A stretch of 64,000 bases of DNA from Octopus vulgaris (lineage: Eukaryota): assembly GCA_951406725.2 (NCBI GenBank), contig OX597817.1, positions 18,476,001-18,540,000 of the forward strand. The letters run 5' to 3'. Shown one piece after another: positions 29,697-43,623 of the stretch. The translations under genes were made by a program, and so were the position numbers. How positions within the stretch are numbered: position 1 is the stretch's first letter; each line of letters starts with the position of its first letter. A model generated the notes under the pieces. It saw only the letters and a program-made list of their open reading frames with translations. It made no database searches and was not told where the DNA came from.

Positions 29697-30139
29697 ACTA
29701 ATCCATTCTTGTTGCTTCTTTTCTCGTATATATATATATATATATAGAAGTAAATATATGGCACAACGAAGTACCGATATTTACTGGAAATAGCGAACGT
29801 GATAATACGACGCTAATGTATAGCTTCACCGCGTATGCACTAGCAAAAATGCGCGAGTGCAACAAACTTGAAAAAAATTGTCTTACCTCCAGGGACAACA
29901 TCTGAAAGATGAAATACCTAGAAAAGGATAATGTGGGACCGGAGCCGGTTTCAGATTTTTCAAGATATGCCTGCACACATATACTTGATCTATCTTCATC
30001 AGCCAAACATATACCACGACAACATTTCAGATGTTACCACATTAATGCCAATACACTCGACTGAAACGCCAAAACGCTAACAGAACGAGAACGGTGAAGA
30101 AGTTTCAATAAAATTAGTAATGCAATACGGAAAGGTTTA

Positions 30140-31164
30140 CGAAAATAAACAAAAGTGAAGGCAGGTTTACGAAAATAAACAAAAGACGAAGGCAGGTGGA
30201 GTACAAACAAACAATTGTATTAGTATGGCGCTCAGGAATAGAAATAAAACAAGTCTTTTACGTTTCGAGCCTACGCTCTTCGACAGAAAGATACACAGAA
30301 AAGAAACAAGGAGAGAAAAAATGCGTGTAGGAGCTAACGATCCAACATGGCGTTCTGATTTCAGGCAGAAGTTAGAGATCAGAAGTCAGACGTCAGAGGT
30401 CAGACGTTAGACTCTAGAGGGATAGTAGGGGAGATAACAGGGTCAAGTGACCTCGCCCCAACATGAAGGTACGTGTGTGTATAAGAGAGTATGTATGTGC
30501 GTGTGAAAGAGGGCTGGTAGTCTGGACGTGTATATGTATGTATGATGTGATGTGTAATGTCGTATGGTATAGTGTAGTGTGGTGTGATGTTGTGGGGAGG
30601 TGGGGGGCGAGAGTAGGGAAAGCCCATGTGGGGTGTGGGTTCGGCTGGGTGTTGGGGTAGAGTGGGGGTTGTGGGGAGAGTGAGAGGGGGAGAGAAGAGA
30701 GAGGAGGGGGAGGGGGGAGGAAAAGGAAGGAGAGGAGGATAAGGAGGGGGATGGGAAAAGAGGGGAGAGGGAGAGGATGATGGAGAGGGGAGGAGGGGGA
30801 TGGTTGGGGGAAAGAAGGGGAGTGAGGGAGCAGAGAGAAAGAGAGAAGGGGAAGAGGGAAGAAGAAAGAAGAAAGAAGAAGAGGGAAGAAGGAAAGAGGA
30901 GGGAAAGAGAGTAGGGGTGAGAAGATGAAAAACTGAAGAGAAGTACGAGTCGGGGGAGGTTAGATGAAAAAAGGGGGAGGTTAGATAAAAGGGGGATGCA
31001 ATAGATGATATTGCTGGAGGTGCGGGTGAAGGAGTCGATGATGCGATAGGGTCGATGATGGGTGCCAGTGAGGAGGGTGGTGTTGGAGAGGTAAGGGCAA
31101 GTGCGGTAACGTGGGCGGGAGCAGGGGAACGAGCCAGGTTGGGAGGTAGGGTCAGGGAAAAAGC

Positions 31165-31165
<1 letters not shown>
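30140..31165 (-). mobile_element. Penelope-like element 3' fragment (Cys linker, start of GIY-YIG, pyrimidine-rich 3' region)
   Basis: PGSFPCSRPRYRTCPYLSNTT...DSFTRTSSNIIYCI, typical of the Neptune-type PLE linker. Hammerhead motif near the 3' end. Confidence 0.8.
30254..30291 (-). ncRNA. Minimal hammerhead motif (core CTGTCGA)
   Basis: tcttt-CTGTCGA-a-GAGC gtag GCTC-GAAAC-GTA-aaaga. Confidence 0.65.
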
Positions 31166-31197
<32 letters not shown>

Positions 31198-31298
31198 GGT
31201 TTGGAGGTGATGTACAGGTATTATATATTAGAAGAAATAAGGTACTCAAAATTCTTGATGGTTTTACATTAGCGCTTGCATCTAATCTAGTAGAATCT

Positions 31299-31345
<47 letters not shown>

Positions 31346-31735
31346 AAAAATAATTAAAAGGGCAAGCAACAGGCTGCTTCGCCGCATACCGAAGGAATTA
31401 GAAATGGCAGTCAAAGACTGTTTTTTCCATTTTCTATAAGTGGAGATGCCATATACGACGGACCCCGCGATTCACATACGCAAAATCGGAGTTGCAAATA
31501 AACGAAAACAATCTCTTACCGTTAATAGTGAACATGTTTCTAGATCACAAGTTCGAAAAATAGCTTGATTTCCTTCGTCAACACTATATTCGATAGATTT
31601 ACCAAATGCCACAAGCCCTCACCTCTGACCAAGCGACATCAGATAGTGGGGGGAAGTGTGCAGATGTTAAAACTAAGTAATGACTGGGAACGTAACTTTT
31701 CCATCCAAAATTCTGCCATGCGCGCCGTCTGGGTG

Positions 31736-31794
<59 letters not shown>

Positions 31795-32651
31795 ATGTAT
31801 GTATGTATGTGTGCGTGCGTGTATTTGGCTGTGTGCGTGCGTCTGTGCGTGTGTGTGTTTGTACAATTCCTTTACGTTCTAAAGGGGAAAAGGAGGGAAA
31901 GTCTTTCTTTGAGTGATTATATAACTTGAATTATTTTTGCTAATGGCGGAAAGAATCAACTATCATAAACTATGTGTTTCAAAAAATATGAAAATATTAA
32001 GACTTTGACCATTCTTCCTTCACTAAAAGAATTCATAAAACTAATCTATTTCATTTTTCTTAATATTTTTTCAGAAATGTCCAACATGTCACCATCGTAT
32101 TCACCTAGCTATATTTAGAATGAGACGAGCAGAATGCGACCTAATCGCATTTGTGTATGTATCATAATGATTCAATAAAATGTGTTAATTAACTACCAGG
32201 CTGTGTATGTGTAATTAGCTATAGACATCCTTGTGGCTGTTATGAATATATAAATCTGGAACAAAATTTTAAAACAAAGCTGTAACAATTGAAGGGGAAA
32301 TTCCTCCAATCACATTTAGTAACTGGAAGCATATACGAAAAAAATTGCACACCCATACGCACACATACATACATACATACATACATACATACATACATAC
32401 ATACATACATACATACATACATAAGTACATACATACATGTATATGTATATGTAAACCCACCTAAATTTGTCTATAAGTCAAGGATCAAGTTATTAGCACC
32501 TAATGAGCTATCACCTTTCTAAAGTTAATTTATTATTCTGCCAGTTTATCAGCACCCCACCTACCTTCTAGTGTCTCAAGAGTATTCCTATTACAAAAAT
32601 ATATGGCAAACAGATATATACATACAAAGACAAACTTACAGACACTTAGAC

Positions 32652-32713
<62 letters not shown>

Positions 32714-32731
32714 GTATACATACACACACAC

Positions 32732-32798
<67 letters not shown>

Positions 32799-33831
32799 TT
32801 TATGTGTTTACAAGAATTCATATCACGTTTTCTGACAATTTACAACTGAAGTGGCATTCATACCTATCACAACTACTGATGATTGTACAAATGTCGCCTG
32901 CGTGATGTCCATTCTATGCTACTTAGATGAAGTGACAAAATGTGTCTGAACAGTAGCTATTGTGTTGTACTCACATCGAATATTAAAATCGAATTAAGAT
33001 TTAGTAATCCTTATATTGTGTGTCATTTAAATATTTTAGGTTTGATTGATGTGGAAACAAGAACACATTACACTGTTGCCGTTCTCTAAAGCTTTCGTAA
33101 GCCATCTTTCTACAGTGTGAATGATTGATACCAACAGAATAGGGTTTATCAACAATAGGAGGTGTTAAACAATTCTGACAGATGACTTGCGAGTATTAAC
33201 AAATTGATAGTAAATGCTCTCACTTTGGTCACATAAAATGTTAATCCTACATTCACAGGCTTAACAGTTCTCAAGTGCTGTCGACAAATATTTCTGAAAT
33301 CATGTCGAAATATGAATGTTTAGAGTGAAAGAAATAACCTAAATATGACTTGAAATATAAAACGGACAGTGTGTAAATGATTAAATGCAATATGCAGTTC
33401 TAAGCAGAAATAAGAACTTCAATTAAAATCAACAGCATTTTGCTCTTAGGTTTGTGTTTTTGGTTTATTGTATTGTCATTATTATATTATTTCACTTCCA
33501 AAGTGTTAATAACTTGTGTAATAAATCATGTATACAACATTCTCAATATATGAAAGTATATATATATGGGTATGTATGCATGTATGTATGTATGTATGTA
33601 TGTATGTATGTATGTATGTATGTATGTATGTATACATATATGCACATATGTATATATATAGAGAGAGATATGCATGTAAATATGCATACATATATATGCA
33701 TGTATATATATGTATATGTGTATACACACACACACTCACACACACACACACATATATATATATATAGATATGCCTGTTTATACATGTAAATATGCATACA
33801 TATATATGCATGTATATATATGTATATGTGT

Positions 33832-33909
<78 letters not shown>

Positions 33910-34576
33910 TCAGAGAGAGAAAGAGAGGGAGTGAGGGAGAGAGAGGAGAGAGAGGGACAGAGAGAAAGGAAGAGTGACAGTGTGAGGGTTAGATGGAGAA
34001 AATGAAAAGGGGAGAAGCACAGAAAGAGAGAAAAATACGTGATATTTTAGATAAACTCACTTCTGAATATATAAATGTGTGTGATGCGCTGTAATTATCG
34101 TGTATAGAATGTGTTGGCCTCGCAGCCTCAGAAGCTGAGTTCGTATCATGTCACTCACATAAAATACCTTACATACTTATTATTATTATGAAGCAGAAGA
34201 GTACCCACCCCCCACCAAAAGAAAATCCAAAGAAAAAGCAACTTCAAGACTGAAACACAGCACGCTTGGAACAGAATTATCACGTGATACTTATGAAGGT
34301 ACACGTACGACACAAAGATGTAAATACGAAAAGAGAGTTACACATTGAGGTGACTATCGGTAGTTTGTGTTAGGTCAATAAGACGAAGAAATAAAGGAAA
34401 AATAAAAATAAAGATGTAAAGGAAAATACAAACATTTTGTGTAAAGTTAAATGTTAGAGAATATGAGCGTGGATACATTTTAAAGATAAATTGTCTCCTG
34501 CTGCCGTACGTTCTCTGATTTCTCATTCTTTCCGTTTTTTACACCCCTTCCGTATATATATATATATATATATAAA

Positions 34577-34727
34577 TGTGACCTCGTGTGTACCGTTGGC
34601 GATTTTTTTTCCTCTGTTTTCCCTTCTCTGGATCTTTCCTTCTTTCCTGAGCGTCCAATGATACTATATTTGTTCCACGTCCTCGCGTTGTTGTGTTTGG
34701 TTTGTTTGTGCTTTCTTGTTTGGATTA

Positions 34728-34729
<2 letters not shown>
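34577..34729 (+). mobile_element. Short PLE-terminal repeat family copy with the hammerhead segment deleted
   Basis: Same family as 38232, 44366 and 55065 but lacks the gtttccgacgaagagc...aaaccctcc block. Ends in (TA)n. Confidence 0.8.
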
Positions 34730-34788
<59 letters not shown>

Positions 34789-34866
34789 TATATACATACA
34801 TACATATTTGTATGTATGTATGTATGTATGTATGTATGTATGTATGTATGTATGTATGTATGTATG

Positions 34867-34921
<55 letters not shown>

Positions 34922-34944
34922 TTATCCGTCTATTTATCTTACTT

Positions 34945-36929
34945 CCAGCTTCGTCAATTACGTGTTGAAATCTCATTGTTTTCATGCTTCTGCATCCTTG
35001 ATAGATGCTTTATTTTTTCATCTTTTATTTCAATCTTTACTTTTAAATTTCTGTCACGTGTCGAACACTAACCTAATCCACAGAGAAACGCAGGATGTGA
35101 TCATAATGGGCAAACAGCTAAAGAAACAAATCATAACTTCTAAATTTGAAATAAACATCTACTTCCATTTATACTTTAAGATTGACCTCGAATTTAATGG
35201 CCCTGTTGTTTTGCAATCCTTGTTGTTTTGAAATGCTAATCATATGGTAATTTTCCGCTACAGCATAAGTTTGTTATATGGAATATACTTCATACCTTAA
35301 AATAATATGATATCTAACACTCAAATTGAATCGTTGGTATGTCACTGGGATTTTGTCTTTAGTGTTTGTTTGAGCGGAAGCTGCATTGGAAAGCGAATGA
35401 TGGCGTTGAACAACATGTCTTCAACACTGAAACGTTCATCAATTTTATACTCTTACTCTTTACTCTTTTACTTCTTTCAGTCATTTGACTGTGGCCATGC
35501 TGGAGCACCGCCTTTTAGTCGAGCAAATCGACCCCGAGACTTATTCTTTGTAAGCCTAGTACTTATTCTATCGGTCTCTTTTACCGAGCCGCTAGGTTAC
35601 CGGAACGTAAACACACCAGCATCGGTTGTCAAGCGATGTTGGGGGGGGGGGGGTCAAAGAAAGACACACAAACACACACACACATATATATATATATACA
35701 CATATATACGACGGGCGTCTTTCAGTTTCCGACTACCAAATCCACTCACAAGGCTTTGGTCGGCCCGAGGCTATAGTAGAAGGCACTTGCCCAAGGTGCC
35801 ACGCAGTGGGACTGAACCCGGAACCATGTGGTTGGTAAGCAAGCTTCTTACCACACAGCCACTCCTGCGCCTTTACAGAATATTTCGATTAATATACTGG
35901 ATTATATCAATTTAAATGAGATATACGTCATTTGTTTTGTAAAAGTAGTATTATGTGCATTGGTATGTAGACAATGCACACTTACATGATGGCTGTGAAC
36001 TCGTGTTCGAGTACTACCATCGCCCAATCGAAAGTCCTGCACATTCGAAGGCTACGACCAAACATTTTTGTGATAGAACTTTCTTTTCAAGCGATGCGTG
36101 TGCATGATGATTTTTTTTCTAGTGAGGAAAGGACTTGCACGAACCTAGTCCTACTCTCTGAACATAGAGAACATAAACTCGAAAAGAACTAATCTACATC
36201 ATCGAATATTGTTGCAGGTTTTCTCTCAGAGTTTCCTCCTCCTAGAGAGATGTTGTGAGAACAACAGAAGGGCCTTCCACTCCCAGTGGGCCAGCCGCAC
36301 GCCTGGGCATAACTCCAGGTATTTCCACGTCACCGCGCATAAATACTTTCATACATACACATGTATACATATTGTTGGGTGACGTTTCTTCCCAGTTAAC
36401 GATATTATTAATATAACACTGATCTTGTAGGAATAGTTTTAGACAGAATTTCACGTATAAAACGTGCTCAATAGGCTTGCAATAGGACTCTAGGTTTTCG
36501 TCATATGAGTGGCAATGTTTTGGCGTATCATTTTTGTTTCTGTCATCGCTAACCATGTTGGTATATTTGCACCCCCACTGAGAAGTCATGTTTTTGTACC
36601 TGTATCAGAAGTTCAAGTAGGTTTTTTGGTGCTTTCCGATCCTGAAGTTTTCGAATCACTGTCTCAAGATTCTAACCATTGATGCTGCAAGATTTTTGCT
36701 TCATATAAAGAGAATATTTGCTTCAGACTTCTGCAAGCCATCCTGCAATTAAACTATTTTCTCTGACTTCAGATTTGCGTATGAATATGTTCATGTGTGT
36801 GCAGTGTATGTAAGTGCATGTATATATGTATGTATGTGTGTGTATACACACACACACAGACACACACACATATATATACATGCATGCACACATATACACA
36901 AATACACGTGTATGTATGCATATTACCCG

Positions 36930-36982
<53 letters not shown>

Positions 36983-37860
36983 TTATATTTATACGTGAGT
37001 ACGTATTTTCACTTGTTGCTCTATGTGTTCAAGACAGATTGTTTATATATTTATGAAAATGTATCTAGAGGATTTTTCGATAGTTAATCATTTGCTGGTG
37101 CATCTATCTTTGTGAATACAAAATAGGTAAAACAGGAATGGAAGAAGATAATCCAAAGAAATATTTCCTGGAAGTTTTAGTAACGTTTTTATCCTTGAAA
37201 ATCCATCCAGATTCTCCGATTATTATTTCTGCTCTTTTTTTTTACCAATACATTCTTTCATTTTATACTTTTTTCATTCCATGTTTTTCTCTCTATTTTT
37301 TTTTTTTGCTTGGTTTTTATTTCACCCTTTACCTATTTTTCTCGTTCTTTTCTTGCATCTGTACCCGTGTGTTTACCTTTACTTTATTCACCTATTGTTT
37401 CGTTCCTCAATTTCAAACTTCGTCAGTCACGTGTTGAAATCTAACCTAATCCCTAGAGAAAGGCAGGATGTGATTATAATCGGAAAGAGAGAAAGAAACA
37501 ACGGATAAATAGTAAACGTAAATAAACATCTACTTCCATTTATATTTTATGACCGAACTCGCTTTTACCTGCCTTGTTGTTTTACAGCCTTATTATTTAG
37601 GAATGCTAACCGTATGATAATTTTCCGCAACAGCATAAGACTGTTATATAAAATATTCTTCATTTCACAAGAGAAAGGATATCTGATATCTTATGCCCAA
37701 ATTGAATCGTTGGAGTGTCACTGAAATTTTGTTTTGTCACTGAAATTTGTGTTTGAGCAGAAGCTGCGCTGGAAAGTGAAGGCTGAAGTTGAACTCAATG
37801 CTACCACGAAACACTCGTCAATTATTGGCTGTTTCATTCGATTAATACAGTTGGTTATAC
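34945..37860. repeat. Old diverged local duplication (~34945-35905 vs ~37415-37860)
   Basis: Shared blocks ctaacctaatcc..gcaggatgtgat, aaataaacatctacttccatttata, aattttccgc.acagcataag and aaattgaatcgttgg. Only the first copy carries a SINE-A insertion. Confidence 0.8.
35448..35872 (-). mobile_element. SINE family A, full length
   Basis: Same structure as 24745-25159. Confidence 0.93.
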
Positions 37861-38096
37861 CTGTTTAAACCAGGCAAATAATATTTCTTCAGAATCTGCA
37901 CATAGACTGTATTGTTTAAAATCATATTCCTCCTTTGATTCAATAAAAAGTGAGTGCTATCTGAGATTCAGGCGTAAAGGGTTCTATTTCTTTTATCTTA
38001 AGACATGCCCAGTGACGATGGAAGTATGGGTGCTCTGCAAAAATAAAATATAAAGCATAATGTAAAATGTATAAAAAAAACAATGTAAATAAAGTA

Positions 38097-38383
38097 AGGT
38101 GACGTTGCGTGGTAAGAAGTTTGCTTCCCAACCACGTAGTTCCTGGTTCATTCCCCCTGCGTGACGCCCTGGACAAGTGTCTTCAACTATAGCCTCGGGA
38201 TTTGGTCGACGGAAGCTTGAAGAAGCCCGTAGGATCTTTCCTTCTCCTATGTTTCCGACGAAGAGCTCCGCTCGAAATGTTAAACCCTCCTTCTTCCCTT
38301 GCTTCCTGAACGTCCAATAATTCTATATTTGTTCCACGTCCTCGCGTTGTGTTTTCTCTTTGTGTTTTCATGTTTGGATTAAC

Positions 38384-38415
<32 letters not shown>

Positions 38416-38675
38416 TGTATGTATGTATGTATGTATGTATGTATGTATGTATGTATGTATGTATGTGTGTGTTTGTGCGTGCGTGTGTGTGTGTTTGTGC
38501 ATGCCTGTCCTCCATCACCGCTTGACAATCGGTGTTGGTATGTTTACATCCCCGTAAGTTAGTGGTTCGGCAGAATAGATCGATAGACTCAGTACCAGGC
38601 TCAAAAGAAAAATAAGCTCTGGGGTCGATTCATTCAATTGAGAATTCCTCAAGGTGGTGCCCGAGCATGACCGCA
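38097..38675 (+). mobile_element. Old SINE-A copy interrupted by a PLE-terminal repeat (38232-38384) and (TATG)n
   Basis: Head at 38097-38230, 3' half at 38470-38675. The insert carries a hammerhead motif at 38251-38285. Confidence 0.8.
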
Positions 38676-40420
38676 TTACCCAAGATGCTACTCAGTCTTA
38701 TTGAGAGTATTTGTATGCGCGTTTGTGTATATATGTGCGTATTTGTGTTTGTATGTGTTTGCGCAAACGCTGTTGGTATGTTTACTACCAGTAATTTAGC
38801 AGCTCGATAAAACACAAAAATAATGCAAGACTTAACACAATGAATGCTGGGACAATTTGTTAGACTAAACCCTTCAATGTAGCACCCAGTATAACTGTTA
38901 TCCAATGATTGAAACAAGTATATATACATATATACATATGGAGTTAAGGTCTGTGCATGTGAGACGAAGTGATGGCAGTAGAGGCATAAGGTCAGTCGAA
39001 ACAGCCTTTGAATGTCCCAAGATTATTGAAAAGGTTGCAAGACGCAACGAGAATTTTAGGAAATTAAAAATAAGAAATAAGTGTAAATTTTACCGGTGAG
39101 TGTGTTACATTATAAGGCACAAAAGGAAAATGACTCTCCCCAGACACTACAGATATTTGGTTTCACGGAAAAAGAGCAAAATAAACTGATGCAGATTCCC
39201 TAAATCCAATCTATTAGTGACACGGTGAAGATTTGTGAGACATTCCCAAAATAGTCCATCTTAGATTCATATGTGAATGGGTGTACACACTTGGGTGAAT
39301 GCATCGACGCACCAACTTAATCACATATTTGCAAACACCGGGATCTCTCTTAACTCAAAAAATCTTATCGTTTTGTTTGAACTCTCTCAAGGAAACTTAA
39401 ATTAAGCTCAAAGAAAACATACATACATACCAAAAAATATATGTACGTATATATGTACGTATATATGTGTGCGTACGTATATATATAAAAATATATATAT
39501 ATATGTGTGTGTGTGTGTGTTTTCAGGCTTATCCATCTATCTGCAGCTACGCAGCTACAGTAAAACGAGTACATATCTTTATGCATCCAGTTATATTTCC
39601 CGCTTTGTATAATCAATCCTACTCACACTTTAATATATTATATAACAAAGAGCTCTATAGAAGTTCCTGATCAATAGAAAAACTGCATAAGCGACAGATA
39701 TTTCCCTATATTACAACAGATACTAAGCTGGGAAATGAATGGATGCTGTAGTGCTGACATGCCCTAGATACGCCACAATAAGGAGAATACTTCAAGATTT
39801 GACCTTACGCCCAACGTAAAATTGGGACGCATATATCAGGCACATAAGTATAGATATAGAAGTGAGCTAAGGTATAAGAAGAAAATCGATTTTATTCAAT
39901 GATTGTGTGACGATGATATCTGACCCTGTGCGCTTATACTCTTACAATATTGACCTTAAAATATGAGAAGGAAATCAATATTTAAGGAAGATTATAAGCG
40001 AGTCTATTTTCCATTCTATGAACCAATCATATTACTGCACTTCTGTTAGCGTATTTCATGCTGTAGTATCGGAGAATTATAGCATAAATTGATCCCCTTA
40101 TACTGAAGATTTTCTTTAATAAAGCCAGTTCCACAATGAAAGAATGGCAAAGGTATAAACATGAACGATTCCGGCCTTATTTGTTTAGCATAGTTTACAA
40201 TAAAACCAAGATAATATACTCTCTAGAAATATAAAGTTATTTCATGTGTAGTCCATATAAGTATACACATATATGTACATATGCATACACATACACTCAC
40301 ACTTATCCCACTCCATATATCTTTATATATATATTATATATATATTTATTATTTACTGTGGTTAACCCCGAATCAACCCGGGACCTACATATTATATATA
40401 TATATATATATAAGCATAAG

Positions 40421-40491
<71 letters not shown>

Positions 40492-40526
40492 CCTACCTAC
40501 CTACCTATCTATCTATCTATCTATCA

Positions 40527-40588
<62 letters not shown>

Positions 40589-40606
40589 ATATCTATCAAT
40601 CTATCA

Positions 40607-40665
<59 letters not shown>

Positions 40666-40666
40666 A

Positions 40667-40703
<37 letters not shown>

Positions 40704-40724
40704 CCTACCTACCTACCTACCTAC

Positions 40725-40757
<33 letters not shown>

Positions 40758-40808
40758 AATCTATCTATCTATCTATCTATATATCTGTCTACCTATCTAC
40801 CTACCTAC

Positions 40809-40873
<65 letters not shown>

Positions 40874-40936
40874 AATCTATCTATCTATCTATCTATATAT
40901 CTGTCTACCTATCTATCTACCTACCTATCTACCTAC

Positions 40937-41010
<74 letters not shown>
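40421..41010. repeat. (TATC)n microsatellite
   Basis: Direct observation. Confidence 0.98.
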
Positions 41011-41012
<2 letters not shown>

Positions 41013-41279
41013 TTATCATTTATATGTGTCTTTATATAGTCATCGACCACGATAGACAGCAGGATATTTATTCCAATAAACCATGTGACCGTGGGGATAC
41101 AGCTGCCAATTCAGATTTTCAGCATCTACACACACGCGCAAACTAAAACACACACACACACACGCACAAACAGACACATGCACTTGCTGTATGTATATTT
41201 ATTCATATATTCACATATTCACACACCGCACTCCTACACACAGTTATGCACGTACATATACACTAATCGCATATTTATT

Positions 41280-41708
41280 TACTCTTTACTCTTTTCTCTT
41301 TACTCTTTTACTTGTTTCAGTCATTTGACTGCGGCCATGCTGGAGCACCGCCTTTAGTCGAGCAAATCGACCCCGGAACTTATTCTTTGTAAGCCCAGTA
41401 CTTATTCTATCGGTCTCTTTTGCCGAACCGCTAAGTGACGGGGACGTAAACACACCAGCATCGGTTGTCAGGCAATGCTAGGGGGACAAACACAGACACA
41501 CAAACACACACGCACATACATATATATATATATATACATATATACGACGGGCTTCTTTCAGTTTCCGTCTACCAAATCCACTCACAAGGCATTGGTCGGC
41601 CCGGGGCTATAGCAGAAGACACTTGCCCAAGATGCCACGCAGTGGGACTGAACCCGGAACCATGTGGTTGGTTAGCAAGCTACTTACCACACAGCCACTC
41701 CTGCGCCT
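41280..41708 (-). mobile_element. SINE family A, full length
   Basis: Near-identical to 24745-25159. Confidence 0.93.
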
Positions 41709-41939
41709 ATGTGCAGATAAAATCGAAATAACTGACAGAAAAGTACGAATTATTATAACAACAAAAACAATAGCAAATACAAATCTTTAACTATAGTTTC
41801 TCTTTTCGCAAGACGTACTGATTGCATATGAACAAATTCTAAAATATCTCTCTCGTATTTTATTATTTAATTAGTAATTCAAGACGCCATTTTTTTCCTT
41901 CTTAGTAAACCAAGAGATAATCTTTTTATAAAAACAAAT

Positions 41940-41979
<40 letters not shown>

Positions 41980-42004
41980 GTATATATATGTGTATATATA
42001 TATA

Positions 42005-42052
<48 letters not shown>

Positions 42053-42104
42053 TATATGTATATATATATGTGTGTGTGTATATATACATATATATGTATA
42101 TATA

Positions 42105-43150
42105 TGAAGATAAAGTAAAATCCACCGATGAAGAGATCAACGAAGAAATTCGCAAAATGACCCAAGGCCCAGATCAAGAGAAGATCTCCAAACTATGGAA
42201 AGAGGACTGTGAGAAAGAAGAACTGAAATCTCTTCAACGCTGGGAGAAAAGCACCACTTGGTTCTCAGACTATGAAACCGTCTTTCAAACACAGCACGCT
42301 TCCAACAACCCTTTCCTAAAAATAAGAAATTCAAATCAACACTCAAACACTGATTCACACACGTCTAAAAATCGGAACCATCACACCTACCAAAAAAGGA
42401 TACAGGACCTAACCCTAACTTTGTAAACCACCAGAGATACAATATCGGGAGTACCCTAACTTCAAGCAGAGAAAGGAAAAAAATAATTACTCGCAGGATA
42501 GATGCTGCAACCTCCTCCTCACCCATAAGGAGCTAGCAACGAATTTTCGTTCGAACAATCTACTAAACAACCATGCACAACAAACCGCACCACACGCAAT
42601 AATTACCAACGACGCCCCCCTAAAACACTGCATCCGAACATGGGATATCAGGACACACTTTTCAATACCGTTACAAGAACCCACATCATAAATCACCCCG
42701 TAACAACACGGAACAACTAAATAATAGCTACCGTCCCAACCACTGCAATCGTTTTTTAGACCCAATACGTAAACACAGATACACAAGATAGGACCAAACA
42801 GGCAAGAGGAACCAAAAGTGATAAAAATTATCAATCTAACTTACAAAGAACTTACAGCAAACCAAATAAATATACTTTCCAAAGGACTCAAGTTTACACC
42901 CACCCCACAACACCCCAACTACAATGAAATGAAAGAAGACATCGCGGAATTCTGTACAAAATTACGACTCGCTCAGGAGCAATACGTCAAATACAACGAG
43001 GACGAATCGTTGGTCCGAAATAGAAGTAAATACCTCCCCTCAAAAGGTAAGAACAAAACTCTTGATCATGTCTCTGAACACATCTCGAATTAACCATATC
43101 AACATATGCACAAGCAAAAACATTAGAATAACACAAATACACGCTCAAAT
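42105..43150 (+). mobile_element. Penelope-like element ORF N-terminal relic
   Basis: IINLTYKELTANQINILSKGLKFTPTP...DIAEFCTKLRL, the conserved pre-RT PLE motif. Contains stops and starts at (TA)n. Confidence 0.8.
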
Positions 43151-43480
43151 ATTAAAAATGATACACTGAAGAGATTTCCAAGAATTCATTAAAAACAGTC
43201 GCAATCACTGCTATGATCCATAACGGGTCAAGTTTACTACAATTCTTCTTCTTCTTCTTCTTCTTCTTCTTCTTCTTCTTCTTCTTCTTCTTCTTCTTCT
43301 TCTTCTTCTTCCCTACCAAGAATTTACAACGACCTCGAACCCACAAGAGTAAACAAGAGAGAGAGAGGGGGAAACAGGCAGAAACAAGGAAAATGCCACT
43401 TGTATTTGGACACTATGCAAATATTCTTTTAAAAAAACTTTTCTCTTAATTTTTCTAAATTTAATTGTTTTCCTTACTTA

Positions 43481-43516
43481 CAGTTGAAAAAGTCTCAATG
43501 ACTGAAACGGCTACTG
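43481..43516 (+). ncRNA. Degenerate minimal hammerhead motif, U3-A8 core variant
   Basis: cag-TTGAAAA-AGTC tcaat GACT-GAAAC-ggc-TA-ctg. Confidence 0.5.
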
Positions 43517-43582
43517 AAATGTTTTTTATAAAACCATTTTAACATTTTATATCTTGACTTTTTTTCCATATACATACATACA

Positions 43583-43622
<40 letters not shown>

Positions 43623-43623
<1 letters not shown>

